64,000 bases of DNA from Albugo candida. Its lineage: Eukaryota. The notes beneath the pieces are model-generated. The model saw nothing but the letters and a program-made list of their open reading frames with translations. It was not told the DNA's origin and ran no database searches. Location: positions 124,001-188,000 of the forward strand of contig JBDOQK010000052.1 of assembly GCA_040437565.1 (NCBI GenBank). The letters are read 5' to 3'. This document shows, in pieces, positions 13,550-27,657 of this stretch; the stretch's first letter is position 1, and the number at the start of each line of letters is the position of its first letter. The translations under genes were made by a program, and so were the position numbers.

Positions 13550-16500
13550 ATGCCAGGAAAAGCCACTTCAAGAGATGATATTCGTGATACTATTCAGACA
13601 TTCTTTCATTCACAAGCAATGAAGAACCGTTCAGGCCCTGGGGTTGCAGCAAAAAAAGACACCAAGCCTGGGTTACATGAATCCTCGTACAGATATACTT
13701 CATCTACGCGCAAGATGATATCATTCTTGTCTGTAAACAAAAGGAAGGTTTTGCAACAGACAAAAGTGAAGTATGGAAGTGGTACGCAGGCTTCTCACAT
13801 GAGCATACCGGACCCCAAAAAAAGCTTTATCCTTTGTCTTTCAATGATCCAAGACACCGTCTCTGGACCACAGTCGACAACAACGGAAGGAGATCACAAA
13901 TCACGTATATTCCATTCCTCTCAGATCCATTACATGGAGCTATCAAGTTCTTACTCTATTGAAGTTCGACACACTTGGGAGCTCAATAAGCTCGAGGCTG
14001 TCGAGGTTATATTTACAACGTCTCCCCGTGGTTCCTTCTCTTTGGAGTTTCTGAACGAAGAAGCAGTTCATCTCTGGACTTTGCAGGAAAAAGATTCCGA
14101 CGACGCCATGAAAGAATTTATTTGGAGTCTTTGCGCCCTCTGCCTTGAGCAACATGTATCTCCCACATCCCCACCGCGTAATCTTCGCTCAAACTCGTAC
14201 CTTGTATACAGAAAGCCATTCCGCGACTGATACATATTACTCTTGAAGAACTCGATGAAACTGCGAGAAGGATTGATCTCGCTAAAAAACATCAACTAAA
14301 TATTGTAGATCTGGTCGGTTTTAATGAGGGTATATGTCTGCACAACTGACAAATGAATGAATTAGAATATCTCTGTTGAAGGCATGAAGCAAAATCAAGC
14401 CACGAGTGAGGGAGAAAGCGACACCCATGAACTAATGGATCGAATCCTAGGAGCTGGCTCACTTTTGACCGCAGAAGAAAATGAGGATTTAATGACGCTA
14501 TTTGCCACCGTTGATTGGGAAGATTGTCGTATACAAGACCTAGAAGACCGACTACAAGGGCAATTACGAGAGTTGGAAGATGAAAATATCATCTTCCTTT
14601 TATCCTTTGAGAACGATTCAGGCAATTCACAGCCATTAGCCGGACACTCAGACAAATCTAAAAAACCGGTAGACAAAATTCTCGATGCCGACGAACAATT
14701 GCAGAAACGAGTAGGAGAAATTCAATACTGGCTCACAGATTGCACCCAAAGCTTGGAAGCGACTTCAAAGAGTATGAAACACTTTGAGTCGCTCAATAAT
14801 CAACTGGAGGTGAACTATAAGAACAGGGTTGCCCTGCAGCAATGCTTGGAACAAATGCTTCAGCTCGTGGATCTTCCATCAAATGTTCTGGAAGCGCTGT
14901 CATCATTTACACTTTCTTACAACGATGGTCAGGAGGATGATTCAATTATGAAAAAACGCTTACAACCAGTCATCTCTGCTCTTAATACACTCGATGTCGC
15001 CATCCGATCGACTCAAAGCTTCCCAGCATGTGAAATGTCTGCATTCCGGACGCGTCATGAGGAGTTGAATCAGGTAGCGCAAGGCTTCGTGGAGAAACTA
15101 AGCAGATCTCTCGACAGCTGGTTTGATGAGGCGGTGAAATCATGGAAGGCGAGTCAGTTAAAAAGCATGGATGCGGCAGTATCTTTGATTAGACCAAGCG
15201 GTCAAACAGCTCGATCACGAGGAAGCAAGATTCTTGAAGCTGATATGACGAGGTCAAGCCGTTCAGGAGCTTCACAAATAGAGAATGAAGTACACTGGAC
15301 ATTCAGTAACGAGAACTTTCATGCTTCGATACGTGGAATGAAGGTACGTTTGCAGCATAGAAAACTTGTCAAGTAACAATTTTTTGTGTAGGGTTTATAT
15401 GCAGCGATTGAGTCGCTTGATCAACGTGGCCTGCTTACTATTAGACAGCTCTACATCAAGCACGTTTCTCAAGTATACAGCCAGCACATGATGTCGTTGT
15501 TTCGATACATGCGAGAGAAACTTTCTAAAACCACCAAGGCCCACCATTACTTGCCTGCACCACTTCATTCGTGGAACTCGCACGTCTCGAGTTCACATTC
15601 ACAGCTCGATGGATTCCTCAGTGCATCAGTCTTATTCCAGCAAGTCCTCGATCATCTCCTCCCAATATGTCTGCGAGAGGAACGTTTTGTGCTAGAGACT
15701 TTGCTTCATCCTCATATATCAGCAATTGATAGCTCCGTCGACAGAGAAAATGACGAATTGGCGGCAATTATGGAGTTACTCTTTGACAAGTGTCTGAAAC
15801 GGTGTGTTGAATTTGGGGATCTAGCAGCTTCTCGAAACATCATGGAGACCTCTTCTCTCATTGTCAATGTGACGGTGTGGTTAGCTACATGTCAATCTCA
15901 TTGCAACTTTCTCTTCCATGTGCTCATGCAATTCCAGCTCCATTTGAAGCGGGTTCTGTTAAAATTCGTTGACGAACAGGTAAGGAAATGCCACAGAATT
16001 GACTGATTCAATTTAACTAACAGGTGGTGTTGAAGGAGCATTGGATTCAATCTCAGCATCCAGACACCAAACTGGCTGGTGTCTTGATCCCATTGCAGAA
16101 AATCATGGTATGACGTCCCAGTATTCTGATTGATCATCACTTATCTCTTCGTTTTAGGGAATAATTACACGACTGGAAGAATCTGTGGATGGTAAAATTG
16201 AGGATCCTACATTCATCGCAATTGTTCATCGAATCCTCCCAACAACTATGAATTGGATTGAAAAAATTGCCGCTTCGAAGCCGAAATATACGCATTTAAT
16301 CAAGCTTGGTAAGCTTGTGCAATTTAACGTCTTCCCTTTTGAGCATTTGTCACAGACAACTACCACTTTGTGCGCGAAAAGCTTCAAACAACTGCACAGA
16401 ATCATCCATTCACTCGATACGTCAAAGACGCGCATGCCAAATATCTTGAAAGTCTGATGAAATATGTCGAATGGATCTGGGCTTCCGAACTCGATCAGTT

Positions 16501-16935
16501 AGCGGTATAGATCCACCATATTATATTGACGCAATTGCTCACAGCAATGTCTAGTCGCTTTTTCAGCAGCTAGAAGTATTGCTTGGCACAATTCCGATTT
16601 CCGAGATTCAATTCCATGTTCCACGCCAACATGTTGTGAAAGCTGTCAATGCTTTTGATAGCTCGGTAAGCCATTCTGCTCCTGCTAAATTGGATTCTTT
16701 TACTACACATTCGACATCTTAGTTTTTGAAAAGCAACGCAAAGGCCATGCATGATCGTATGAAGAAACATTTCAACTCGAATTCGCACATGTTCTCAATC
16801 GCGTGGAGACAGTTTGTTGAATACGCTGGTAGACAGCTTGACACATACGAAAGCATTGCGATCAATGGGTATCAAGTACACTTCATGCCGAAAAAGACAG
16901 CAATCGATGCGTTGTGCAAGCTCAAGCCCGAGTAA
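13550..16935 (+). CDS. SEC3: Exocyst complex component Sec3/EXOC1-like (multi-exon)
   Basis: N-terminal PH-like segment (HTWELNKLEAVE), coiled coil ELEDENI...SMKHFESLNNQLEVNYKNRVALQQCLEQML, and a helical C-terminus ending in AKAMHDRMKKHF...AWRQF...Y. ORFs are joined by short GT-AG introns. Confidence 0.75.
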
Positions 16936-16957
16936 TTCATACAACAATGGGATGTTT

Positions 16958-19297
16958 TCATATTTGTTCTGATGTTACACTCGCTGGGAAGAAGAAGATG
17001 ACCACGGACAAGACGTGGACTGGGAAGTAAAGAGCACAGACATAAAAGATGACGAGCCAGTTGATCGATTGCTGTATGTCTATGAATTGATAATAAATCA
17101 AAAACTCATTCTCGTTGAGGACAATACGAAAGCAAATTCTCTTACGATTCGACAGTAGCCAAAGCATGATACTAGGGGATGCAAGCAGAAGCCATAACGC
17201 GAGGATGCATTTCAAACGAAAGCTCGCTACGGCGTGTGGTCGAATTAGGGCGAAAATGGCCATACTGAACGCACAAAACCAGGCCATAGAATAGTTGATA
17301 AACCCAAGCATGCAGTGTCCATAGACAAGTAAAATCATTACAATAAACTTGAGTGCATTCCAGCCTTCATCGCAAGTTTCAGTGAGCTCGTGGTCATTTT
17401 TAGTGGATAGTTCGCCTGAGACTGATTTTCGGATGCGACTCTCGAAAGAGTCAAGACGCTTTCTCCAAGCGCTCTGACCTCTGCATCCTGCAAGCTGCGG
17501 CTGACTGCGGATATGTAGCACGAAAAAACAAGCGATACACTCGAATACTGCACAAAAGACGAACAGCCATACTGATGCAAACATAAGGTGGGAAGAAAGA
17601 TAAAGCAATCCCAGACCAAAAACCTCCACCACTATGAACGAGATGAATGCGTATGCCATCCTCAAACCATTCTATTAGAGGAAGAGTACGTCAAGCAGAT
17701 TGACAGTATCGCCACAAACACGACATACCGTTTTGATGGAGATACGAGCGATCTGCAGTACGAGGGGTGCGCAAAGCATGAGTAAGGGGTAGATATATTC
17801 GCCCACGGACACGAACGTTTGGGGTGTCGGAAGTAGGTACAGATAGAAAGACTGATGCAATTTTTCTTCCAAGTTGCTGAGAGCACGGATAATAAGCTCC
17901 AAGCCCTGTAAACTTGCCTCCAGGAAGTTCTTGTGCTGAGCATCGGGTCCTGAACGCTCACGTTTTGGTGTATTCATTGCTGTTGTGATACTGTCAATGT
18001 TATAGCTACAATGTAATGTCAGACAGGTGGCTGTAAAAAGACAATTCCTTGACCTGATGAAAGCAGCATGCGAACCAGTGGGACCGGTGGTCAGCGACAC
18101 CATGAATCGAAGCATTCCACGCAATTTTATAAGGTATTCTCCGACGAAACTTTTGATGTTGTCGGTTGAATGAGAAGAGAACGGAAAAGAGTCAATTAAG
18201 CCGACAAAGCTGTGTAGCTTATTAAAAGCTGTATCGAGTATGTCGGAGCATTCTTGCTCCGTTTTTGTTGAATCAAGTATGTGGCAACGACTCATCGAGG
18301 GGAAAATACCATTCTTTTGTAATGCAAGAACAGCCACGTTGATGAGATCGAGGTTGGGCAGCTGACCATTGTCTCCAGTTACGAGAAGTGAAAAGCTCGG
18401 TTGGCTTTCTGTTTGTGTCGTAACCTCCAGGTTTATCGCTGCGCGAATGACACCTGCACGCATGACAAGGGTGTCCGTGTTCAAAATCGGGTCAGAGTAA
18501 TAGGCCTCTAGCCAAGCATGAGTCCCTGGCGAATACCCATTGCTTCCCTGAGTAGGTCCATCTACAAAACGATGCATTTGATATAGGGAATGAAAAATCG
18601 TCAGAGATTAGTACCGTCTGAGATCAAAAAGATGATGTCTTTAGCGAGCCATTTAACTTTCGAGAGGTATCGGAGCAGACCCAGTCCTACTGTCACGCTT
18701 GAAAACGCGTGATTAAGATCTTCCAAATTTCGTGGTGGATGCGCTATGATTGCAATGGCTTCCTACGATTGATGTTCGTTAAAGTGGTAAAAGATATAAA
18801 GCAGCCAACTGAAGCACCTTGTTGTCAGCCAATGGGGACGCCCTCAAGATGCCATACACATTAGTGCAATGGCTACATGTCTGACCGTTTCCTTCGAAAT
18901 TGTGCGTAAAGGCGGATACTTTTGGTATCGCTTCTAGTTGTTCAATGAGCCAATTTTTGATGATTTGATCCGACAAGGGGTTCTGAAGGGAGCTGTTCGG
19001 ATAAGTTTGTTGAGATGCAAAAACACTTTGCGTCTAAATCATAGTAAGAATGGCTGAGATTCATTATGGCGAGGAGATATGGAATGTAACCTCTGTTGAG
19101 CTGATTTGAGCTTCAATAGACTCGATCAAAAGTTCATTTTCCGAAATATACGTTTTACGACATTGTAATTGGCCCGTAGAAATAGTCACAATCGGATGCA
19201 GTAGGAACCAAACAATCCCGAGAATGTAAATAGCCCAACACAAATATGTTGGCCAACGGTTGTGCACGGATTCGTTGCTTTTTGCAGCTTGGATCAT
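16958..19297 (-). CDS. GAA1: GPI transamidase subunit Gaa1 (multi-exon)
   Basis: TM1 then KTYISENELL, NVYGILRASP, KWLAKDIIFL, GDNGQLPNLDLINV, YNIDSIT, RALSNLEEKLHQSFYLYLL...FVSVGEY, and several C-terminal TM helices. Confidence 0.92.
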
Positions 19298-20299
19298 TGG
19301 AGTTTTGGTTAATTGGCAAGTGATACGAATTATATATTTGATTGGACCAAAATTAGTCCGAGCTTTTCCGATTGGGTACATAATTTCGCGAGGCTGCACA
19401 CAAAACCTACTGAGACTATAGGCGATAACACATATAAGGGCAGTGATAAAGCAAGTAGGGCGTGCGCCTAGATAGGATCCACCATGTGATGACTTATAAA
19501 GCATAGCATCTTCTGTATCGACACAGTTTTTTTTGCTTCAAGTTTCGATTAAGACAAGAGAAGCAAGCGTATTGCTACAAGCTTGATCCTAGTATATACG
19601 AACGAGACAGCACTAGATGGCGTAATGAGGTAGTTAGGCAATCACATGAAACGGTACTTGAAGAGCTCAGAGCTTGATTATTGTCGCGTGTAATGCTTGT
19701 GAACATTTCAAGTATTAGTCGATGCGAAAGCGTCACGATAATTCACAAGGATGCTATATGCCACCAGCGAGACCCAGAATCCTATAAACCAAGCTAGCAT
19801 TTATAGTAAAACTCCCACGATGGTGAGCGATAGCTAAACATTTTGAATGTGCGATGCAGAGACAGACGGAAGTTTTAATGCACCCAGCATTGGCATAAAT
19901 AGGGCCACTTTCAAAGTAGAGAATCGATAGGCATTGGCACTCACCATACTGATCAAACTTAATTGTAACAATGTTGTCAATGATCGATAAGCATTCATTC
20001 GAGTGTAAGTGGTGTGTAATATTTTCGCTGAGGTAGAAAAAAATAAAGAAGCGAATATCAGAGAATCAAACAAATCAAAGTATATTGAGGTAGAACCTTC
20101 AATATTTTCGATTAACAACGAGTACGGAGTCATCATGGCGAGACAAAATTCAAAGTATCGTGTTGATATGGCATGATCACGGGTACCCTTTGCCTATGAA
20201 ACACTTCACTTTCCAAAAAAAACGGGATTTTATACAATCAGCGGTAGTAAGCTGATAATGGCACGCAACGAGACTCGATGATTACTGATACTAACGCTT

Positions 20300-22800
20300 A
20301 TTTTGCGGCATCGAGTACGTGTGAGTGAACTCTGACTTTTGCTTGTGCTCGACTATTACTTTGGTCTAATAAATAGCATACTTTATTAGAGATGCTGTTG
20401 GCATATTGTGTGAGTGATGCGGTCTTGTGTAAGCGTTGAGAGGATGGATAGATCGTACTTGGCTCGGAGACGGAAGTTGAATGTTCTGTAAATATGTGAG
20501 TCTTTGTTGAGGTTTCTGAGTGGCAAATAGATCTTCGACCTCGAATGGAAGGAAGTTGTAATCCCGGGTCGTGGTATTGGCAGATTGTGACGTAGAACGT
20601 GACCAAGAGGCCAGTGAACGCGAGATGGATTCGGGTGATTTCGTTGCAAATCGCCTCTGTAAATATCCATCGCTGATATACTGGGAAAGTAATTGCGAAG
20701 TACGAAGAAACCACGCTATACCGCTTCAAGACTACTGATGTAGCGTTCTGTAGATGTTCCGAGTCGTACATCAATGAAGGTAGCATCTAAGCACCATATA
20801 GCTCCCGGGCGTGTACACTCCTGCGAGCGACATTACTTCTGTCCCTTTTGTTTGCGATGATAATTAATGACCATTACCGCATATCTGTTCTACCACAACT
20901 AAAAACGCTCAAGGCAAGCAGCTTCGTGATGAATGAAGTCTTCCTCATTTGCGAAGAAAATAGTATTGATCTCACGCATCGAAAGGAAAGGTGTTGACGG
21001 AGACCCCGGAGTAATGCCTTCAAGTGATACAAAAAACAAAACCGAAGAAAGAGAGTATCTCTGAGGAGTACCATCAGAGAAGACTGAATAGCCGAGCCGT
21101 AGTCGGAGCCTGAAAGGCTCTCTAATTAGGTAAAAAAAAGGTGTGCTGAGACAGAGGTGGGAATGATGAGCATTTATGTAGGTCGATAGTGTTGAATGCC
21201 TTGCTGAGGTCAATCACAATAATGTATATCTCCATTTAAGACCGTCATATGGAGGAATTCATTCCGAGTCGTCGATACTGCATGCAAGCCAGGAGCTTCT
21301 TCTGGCAAAGGGGTAGTCAACAGTGCGGATACGATCCTGCATGTAGTACTGATAGCGATGATCCGCCAGAAAATGCACAGCTACCTGACATTGCACGTTT
21401 TTCTTTATTTAATTCCTGAAGAAAACGAATTATTTTTGGTGTAAAGGTTTTGTAGGCGAACGATCCTCGCAATCAAATCAATAAGAATAGAGGCTCGTGA
21501 ATTTTTTCCGATCATTCTCTTCCAGACCGTCGGGTTGAGATCTTTTGATGTGAAAAGGAGCTGGTGTTGGAATTTGCTTTCTGTCTACTGTATAGTTGCG
21601 TAGGCGTTTACTTATGAATGAGATGTCATTTATTGCTCAGGAAGAAGACCACTGCGTTGCATTTCCAAATTTCTGCAAAGGAAGATCTGGAGGGTTATCC
21701 TAAAGACCTCCTGAAATTAAGCCTACTATGATCGTTCATAAGCTGACTTATCTGGAACAAAACATCCGCAATCATTAAGAAATGCACATTGCTTTTATTA
21801 GCCGGAATGGAAAAAGTTCGTGCTGGCATCGTGATAGCTTGCTCTGAAACCCGAAAGGGCGAATCCATCCGAAAAAAAAATACCATGCGGACATTTATTT
21901 CGTAACATCGTGGCACTGACATGTGCGCATGAGCTACTACAGAATCAAAATATTTAATGTGTCGTCCCCTCAATCTGCACGGCAAGGTGGATTCGCTAAG
22001 AAAGATCTCTTATGGGGTACCCGTTGGACAAAGTTCTTTCCGCATCGACACGGTAATGAGCTCTGTCTTGATGGCAGCACAGAAAGTAGCAAGGCCTTCT
22101 AAGATGGCACACCAATTGTTGAGAAGCTTCTAAGCTCTCCGATTCTCGATAAGGTTTCCACATTTCGAAAGTATTATGAAGAGCCAGAATGTCGACTAGG
22201 TGTTAAAGGGCATAAGTAAATGTTCTCGTAATGGCTACAGAGGTTTAGGCATGCCAGCAGATGGAGTGCCAGCCTCTGAACATTATCCAGGCACAATCTA
22301 TTTCCGGATTCAAAGTCTTCCGTAACAAATGCTATGACGACATGTGAGGCGTAGGTGTAGAGAATGAGCGACTTAGCATTATACGTCCAACTGACAGACT
22401 GGGTCGCCAAGTGATATCGATCATTTGTGGAGAAGCTGGCTCAATCAAGATGGCTGTCAAGTCCACTTGGAGAGTCTATTGTGCTTCCTCAACGTGCCAA
22501 CAGCAACAGTTTCGGCTGGAAAGGTATGCGAGAAAACTGCGTACGGGAAACAGCTCCATTCAGTTCTAATTGATTTTTTCCTGGATCCATAGAGTTCAAG
22601 TTTGAGGTCTAGAGTGAAATAAGGCATCATTGGTGGCTTCACGAATAAGAAATGCGCCCGTTTCGGAATTCTGGAGAAGAGTGATGGGATAAGCTGAAGG
22701 TCAGTCTGTTGGATTACATCTTTCTGGGGATCAACTTTCGATCTGAAATGTTCGAAAACTTGTCTTCCAAACATTTGAAGATTGATAGCTTTGTCTGGAC
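20300..22800 (-). mobile_element. Possible highly decayed LINE/RT relic
   Basis: Stop-riddled minus-strand fragments faintly resembling RT order: WRP (~22400), GNRLCLDNV, RVPH (~22020), IKYF, and a later FRLRLRLGY. Weak; not confirmable without a search. Confidence 0.25.
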
Positions 22801-25243
22801 TCTAAGATGCTGTCAATTCGATCTCGGTTCTGTTTTATAAGGTTTTTTAGCCCTATATTACATTGTGTACTCGGCTTTCATGCTGAGTAGTCGACTTGGG
22901 ATCAATTTTTCTGCTCCGAACGCGTTGAAAGAGTGTTGCAATTGCATGGGGTGTACTATCGATGATATAGACTTCTGAAGCGATTGATCGCCGATTGTTA
23001 GCTTAGCGATGGCAAATACGACAACCGTACGACTTTCCGTGATGTACGCCGCGTTCAGTGCACAAATTCACTACTTTCAAAGACATGGCTTTGGGAAAGA
23101 GAATGAAATCCAAAACTTTCGCCCTCGGAATCAGCTTGGAAGCAGGAAATAATCGGTGAATTTTTCAAGCTACAAGTAGGGTACCAAAGTGCAATTCAAA
23201 TTTTAGTCCTGGTTGGATGGCTTTCTTTGTCCAGAGCTTTCTGCTGTTCTCACATTTTTACAAGCTCAACACAGTCTCGTATTGTGGTGATTTGAGACAA
23301 CTGCAATATAGAATAGGCGAAAACAGGTACGACTTACAACTGTTTCAATGAATATTCTAACCAGCTTGTATATTTATTATTTAAGGTAGGCTCGGGCTAT
23401 GAAGTAGCTACGGTGGTTGTATCTCTCTGCTAGGTATTTTTTGATCTCAAGTCAGGCCTCTCGGTGTACAAAGTACCGACTACGAACTGGAACGTTTCTT
23501 GATGAGTACTAGCGACGAATACTATTGCGAATGGTCGCTTTGAAAGCATCAATCACTCTAGTCTCCTTCCTCACTTGACACATAGGGAAGCTATTTTTTC
23601 GGTCTCATTCTACTGTCAGATTTAGAGGCAAACTGTTCTCGTACGCTACTGCCTGATGGATTTTCGGTCGTGAAGCTTTACACTTAAAAGAAATAACGGC
23701 AATCGTGTGAGGACATTATTACTTCTGACACGCTTATGGACTTTACAAAATGATACATCAAAATTAATCAAGTGAAGAAAGTGTTTGCATTCAAGCCTGA
23801 AGCAACCCGATGGAAGGATTGTCTACAGTACTACGATTAATATGGCGATTTGGTATTCAACGCAATCAATGTCCTAGCCAGAATGCTTTTGTATGACAGC
23901 GCTATGTATACCACGGGACTAACCTTCTTCTGATTCACCGCACCAAGTTCATGGTAGCTCTCGCCAAACGCTTTGAAAGTTTTAGGTGGTAACAGGTTAT
24001 CGTTTTTGATTGTGTCCACGAAATTTGTGACAGCGGATCCAAACTTGCGGGTACTTCAACATGGAAGAGATAAGGTTAATGAGACTTGCACCTTAACTAA
24101 AAAGTGCCTTTGATTCTGACACTTTTCTTGCTCGTACAAGTTGGTGTATTGATTTCAACACAGGTGGCTTATAGCAGCAATCTACTTCGACAAGTGCATC
24201 CGTTCTGTCCGGTGATACTTATTGCGCAATGACATTCTCAAAGAGCCGTAACTTTAGATCTTTGAGCCCAAATCTGGCGGATTTTTTTTACACGATAGCA
24301 CAGCGTTATCCAAAAGATCGAAGTCAAATCTTCGATAGTAATTAGTTTTACAGCTTAAAGCAATGTACCAGATATGGCGTGGCCTCCATTACTGACCTTC
24401 GGCCGCTGAGCACGTGCGAAGAAAATTATAGCGCCCATACTCCCATATACGAGTCACGATAGTGACGAAAATGTCTGTACGTCTGCACTTCGCCGCTTAC
24501 TCGAAAGCAAATGAGCCGTTACCAATCATAGATCCACCGAAAATGCACCTCCATGTCCTGAATGAGGGGAATAATGTATTCGGCGTGGATATAAATCTAA
24601 CCGCCAGAGATGGAATTCTTGTATATCTTTGGAACTTGTCAGTTTTGCGAGGTGAAGTGGGCACCTTTTCGTCTAAAACAGTAATCTACCATTACTTTTG
24701 TGCTCACATGCTCGCGGAATTGGTAATAATACTAGACTTGAAATCTCCAGGCGAATGAATTTTAATGTCGCTCACTTCTGTCTTTCAATGAAGTGCTCGC
24801 TATAACTTGCAAGAAATATGTCCATAAACTAGGTACAAGGAACACGGAAAATGCGGGCTTTTAGAATTCAAGAATTGTCAGCTGATAAAGCTACCGAGTT
24901 TTCAATACATCACATGACCCTATTGCTAAACAAAACAAGTACATACTCTAACTGAGGTAAAACATATCATAAAATCACCGTGCTATAAAAAAGTACGGCT
25001 CTGTACCGATAAGATAGGCAAAAATGCGAATTCGGAATGTTTTGGAGTTGCTCTGAAAAATTTCGCGAGGTAAATATATCAGAAAGAAAGATGAGTGTGC
25101 GTTGAACGTGAGTTCGAATAAACTCACAAGTGGATGAAATTTCACGCTTAGCTTCGAGAGAATTCGTTTTTACAGAAGGTTAGCATGTCGCATTTGTACC
25201 CATTCAAAAAAATTTCGTTGCTCAACGATTGCTCTGCCTCCAA

Positions 25244-26332
25244 ATGAAATTTCAGCATCTCAAAATGTATGGAATTGCTTTGGCTGGAGTATTCAATGCT
25301 CATGGTCCTTTTGCGGATGGACAGTATATGCATCTGATCAGCGCATCATCAACCAAAACTGAGTCCCCTTTTTTGAAAAATAGAGGATTGGAAGTCGAGA
25401 TTGAGCCCCGAGTGAGCTTTACGGATGACGGAGCTCCAATCAAGCCACAGAGCTTGGGAGGAAAACGGTTGAAGCTGAAACTTGTCATTAAAAATCGACC
25501 GTCAACTCAGAATGGGCATCAATCACGACAGAGAAGGGATGTGATGAAAGGCGTGAAGGCAAAAGTAGGAAATCTCATCATGAAAGAACATTGTGATTTG
25601 AAGGAACATTTTGCTTATGGTAAATATTGTACAGTCTGGACGATATCATGGAAATCTTTGAAAAAGTTAGTTAAGAGCAAAAAGTTATACCCCTTTCCCA
25701 AGACAAGCCTCGACCCTCAAGTTTACATAAGAGAACATCGGGGACTTTACACGTTTGTAGGGAATCATGACGATGATCCGTATTTATACTTTGGGAAAAA
25801 GAATGGAGAACTTCTACCTGTCAATCAATGGAGATCAACACCAGCATTCGTAGCTCAACGTGTCGACATTACTTTCTTGAAGGAGATCCGACGTGCTCAA
25901 AACTTACAGTTTAAATTTGGTAATGAAGCCACCAAAGTTCCGCCTGATGTTTATGAAAAGATCGGCGAAACTACGGGGTTCGAACTGAAGCTCGATAATA
26001 ATGGTTATTATGAAGTGAGTTGCGATCCCTTCTTTCACTCCATGCTTAATCGAGGAAGCCAAGATCATCTTCTCGATTGGAGTATGCGTCTTGATGCTAA
26101 ATTCTCTTTATCATTGAGCGTCTCTGAATCTTACGTCAATGGAAATGATGGTTCTTGTACTCTTCTTTTTGAGGATTCGGGGAAAGAAAATGAATGGGTA
26201 CTAGGATCTTCATTATTAAAAGCGTATACTGTTACAGCAGAGACAAAAGGCGAGAGGCAAGTGTTGGTTTTTATTCCAAGCAATGGCACGCCATCATTCA
26301 GAAGCAGGGCAGTTGTTTATGAACATCGTTGA
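25244..26332 (+). CDS. Pepsin-fold (A1 aspartic protease)-like protein with degenerate catalytic motifs, paralog 1
   Basis: Intronless ORF. FKFGNEATKVPPDVYEKIG matches the DSGT...lP..vy..i position, followed by YEVSCD and CTLLFEDSGKENEWVLGSSLLKAYTVTAE (C...WILG.FL..Y pattern). Clear homology to the ORFs at 36394 and 43880. Confidence 0.75.
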   Translation: MKFQHLKMYGIALAGVFNAHGPFADGQYMHLISASSTKTESPFLKNRGLEVEIEPRVSFTDDGAPIKPQSLGGKRLKLKLVIKNRPSTQNGHQSRQRRDVMKGVKAKVGNLIMKEHCDLKEHFAYGKYCTVWTISWKSLKKLVKSKKLYPFPKTSLDPQVYIREHRGLYTFVGNHDDDPYLYFGKKNGELLPVNQWRSTPAFVAQRVDITFLKEIRRAQNLQFKFGNEATKVPPDVYEKIGETTGFELKLDNNGYYEVSCDPFFHSMLNRGSQDHLLDWSMRLDAKFSLSLSVSESYVNGNDGSCTLLFEDSGKENEWVLGSSLLKAYTVTAETKGERQVLVFIPSNGTPSFRSRAVVYEHR

Positions 26333-27657
26333 ATCAACATTATTAAAGTCAATACACATAGCAAGCTTGGCCTTGGCGAAATTATGCTTGATAATCAATT
26401 CTGACATTGTGACTGTTGTACTTGTGGAATCGAACTATCAGAGTTAGATGTCTGACACCTCCCGATATGTGCAACCCCTCCTTACTAAACATCAAAAGCT
26501 AGGCGTTATCCTCGCAAAATAATCTCGGCTGATTCGTGTAGAAATTAAAAGGAAATGGACAGACGTAGGTTAGCTGTACAGACGCGTATGGTTTGGTCGT
26601 GGATCTCTCAAACACCAAGTCGCAAAGTTCGTGCGTTACCGAGCTGAGCGGTAGACATGTACATAGTAGTCTCTTGCCTTCTTGGATGTCACAGAATCAT
26701 TGCTGGGTCAACCATTTCTTCCGCAATCGAATTCATTGAAATGATGGACAAAGTACAATTGCGGGGCCGCATTCCAGCAAGTAGAAACTTACCTTATCAT
26801 TTTCTACTCTGATTGATCGTTGACGTGAGTAGGACATACCCACTACCTGCCTTTCCGGGTGAACTGCGTAGTTACATCTTCTTAGCCATAATAAAAATTA
26901 GCCACTTGTCGTGCCATTATGCCTGATAGACATAGCCGAGTCCAAAGTACCTCGTTGCCACAATAGACATTTGCTGGGCTCCAGATAAAATGGGTTTGTT
27001 GCGAGGCAGTACAGTGAGTGACTTCCTGCCTCCACAGGCAGTATCAAACACTGGCAATCTTGGTCACTGAGGTACATGCAGACGCCTCAAGACCAGTCGA
27101 CTTGCATCATCTCGATTTTAGCGGGAAGATGATAGAGATATATGAGGCGCTGTGCCAAATTTTGGTATGGCAATTTCAGTTCGATATCAAGTGGAGTGAA
27201 TCGGCGTGCGAGCCGTTCTTCCGTGAGTGACTCTTCTTCAGAAAGTCATTTGCTAAACCCAAACAGTAAATTTCGAGAAGGCTCCTAAATCCATCTCGAA
27301 TACATCAGAAGAATTCATGCAAGCACAGGACACATTTGTATTCCATAGAGGACAAATAAAAACATGACTCCACAATGATATTACCACCAAGGCCACGGCG
27401 CTTTGAAGTGAGGCATAGTCACATATTTTTCGAGAAGCGGCACAATGCTTTTGATTAGACGGCCGCTTAGCGGATAAGTAGCGACTGATGTCATCCGCGT
27501 TGCTGCCGAGCATCTCTCGACGCGGATTCGTGCTCTTAAGCGCATCGAGCAGCTTACCACGTTGACAGGCCCGTGCAGTGATCAGCAGATGGAGCTTGCT
27601 GGAGCCGCAGAAGCTCGCATAGAGTAATATTTAATTTTCGACCAATGTGCTCACACA

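Noticed and set aside
23837-24019. Fragment VSPVVYIALSYKS faintly resembling a MULE transposase
   Set aside because: Too short, with no DDE motifs or TIRs seen.
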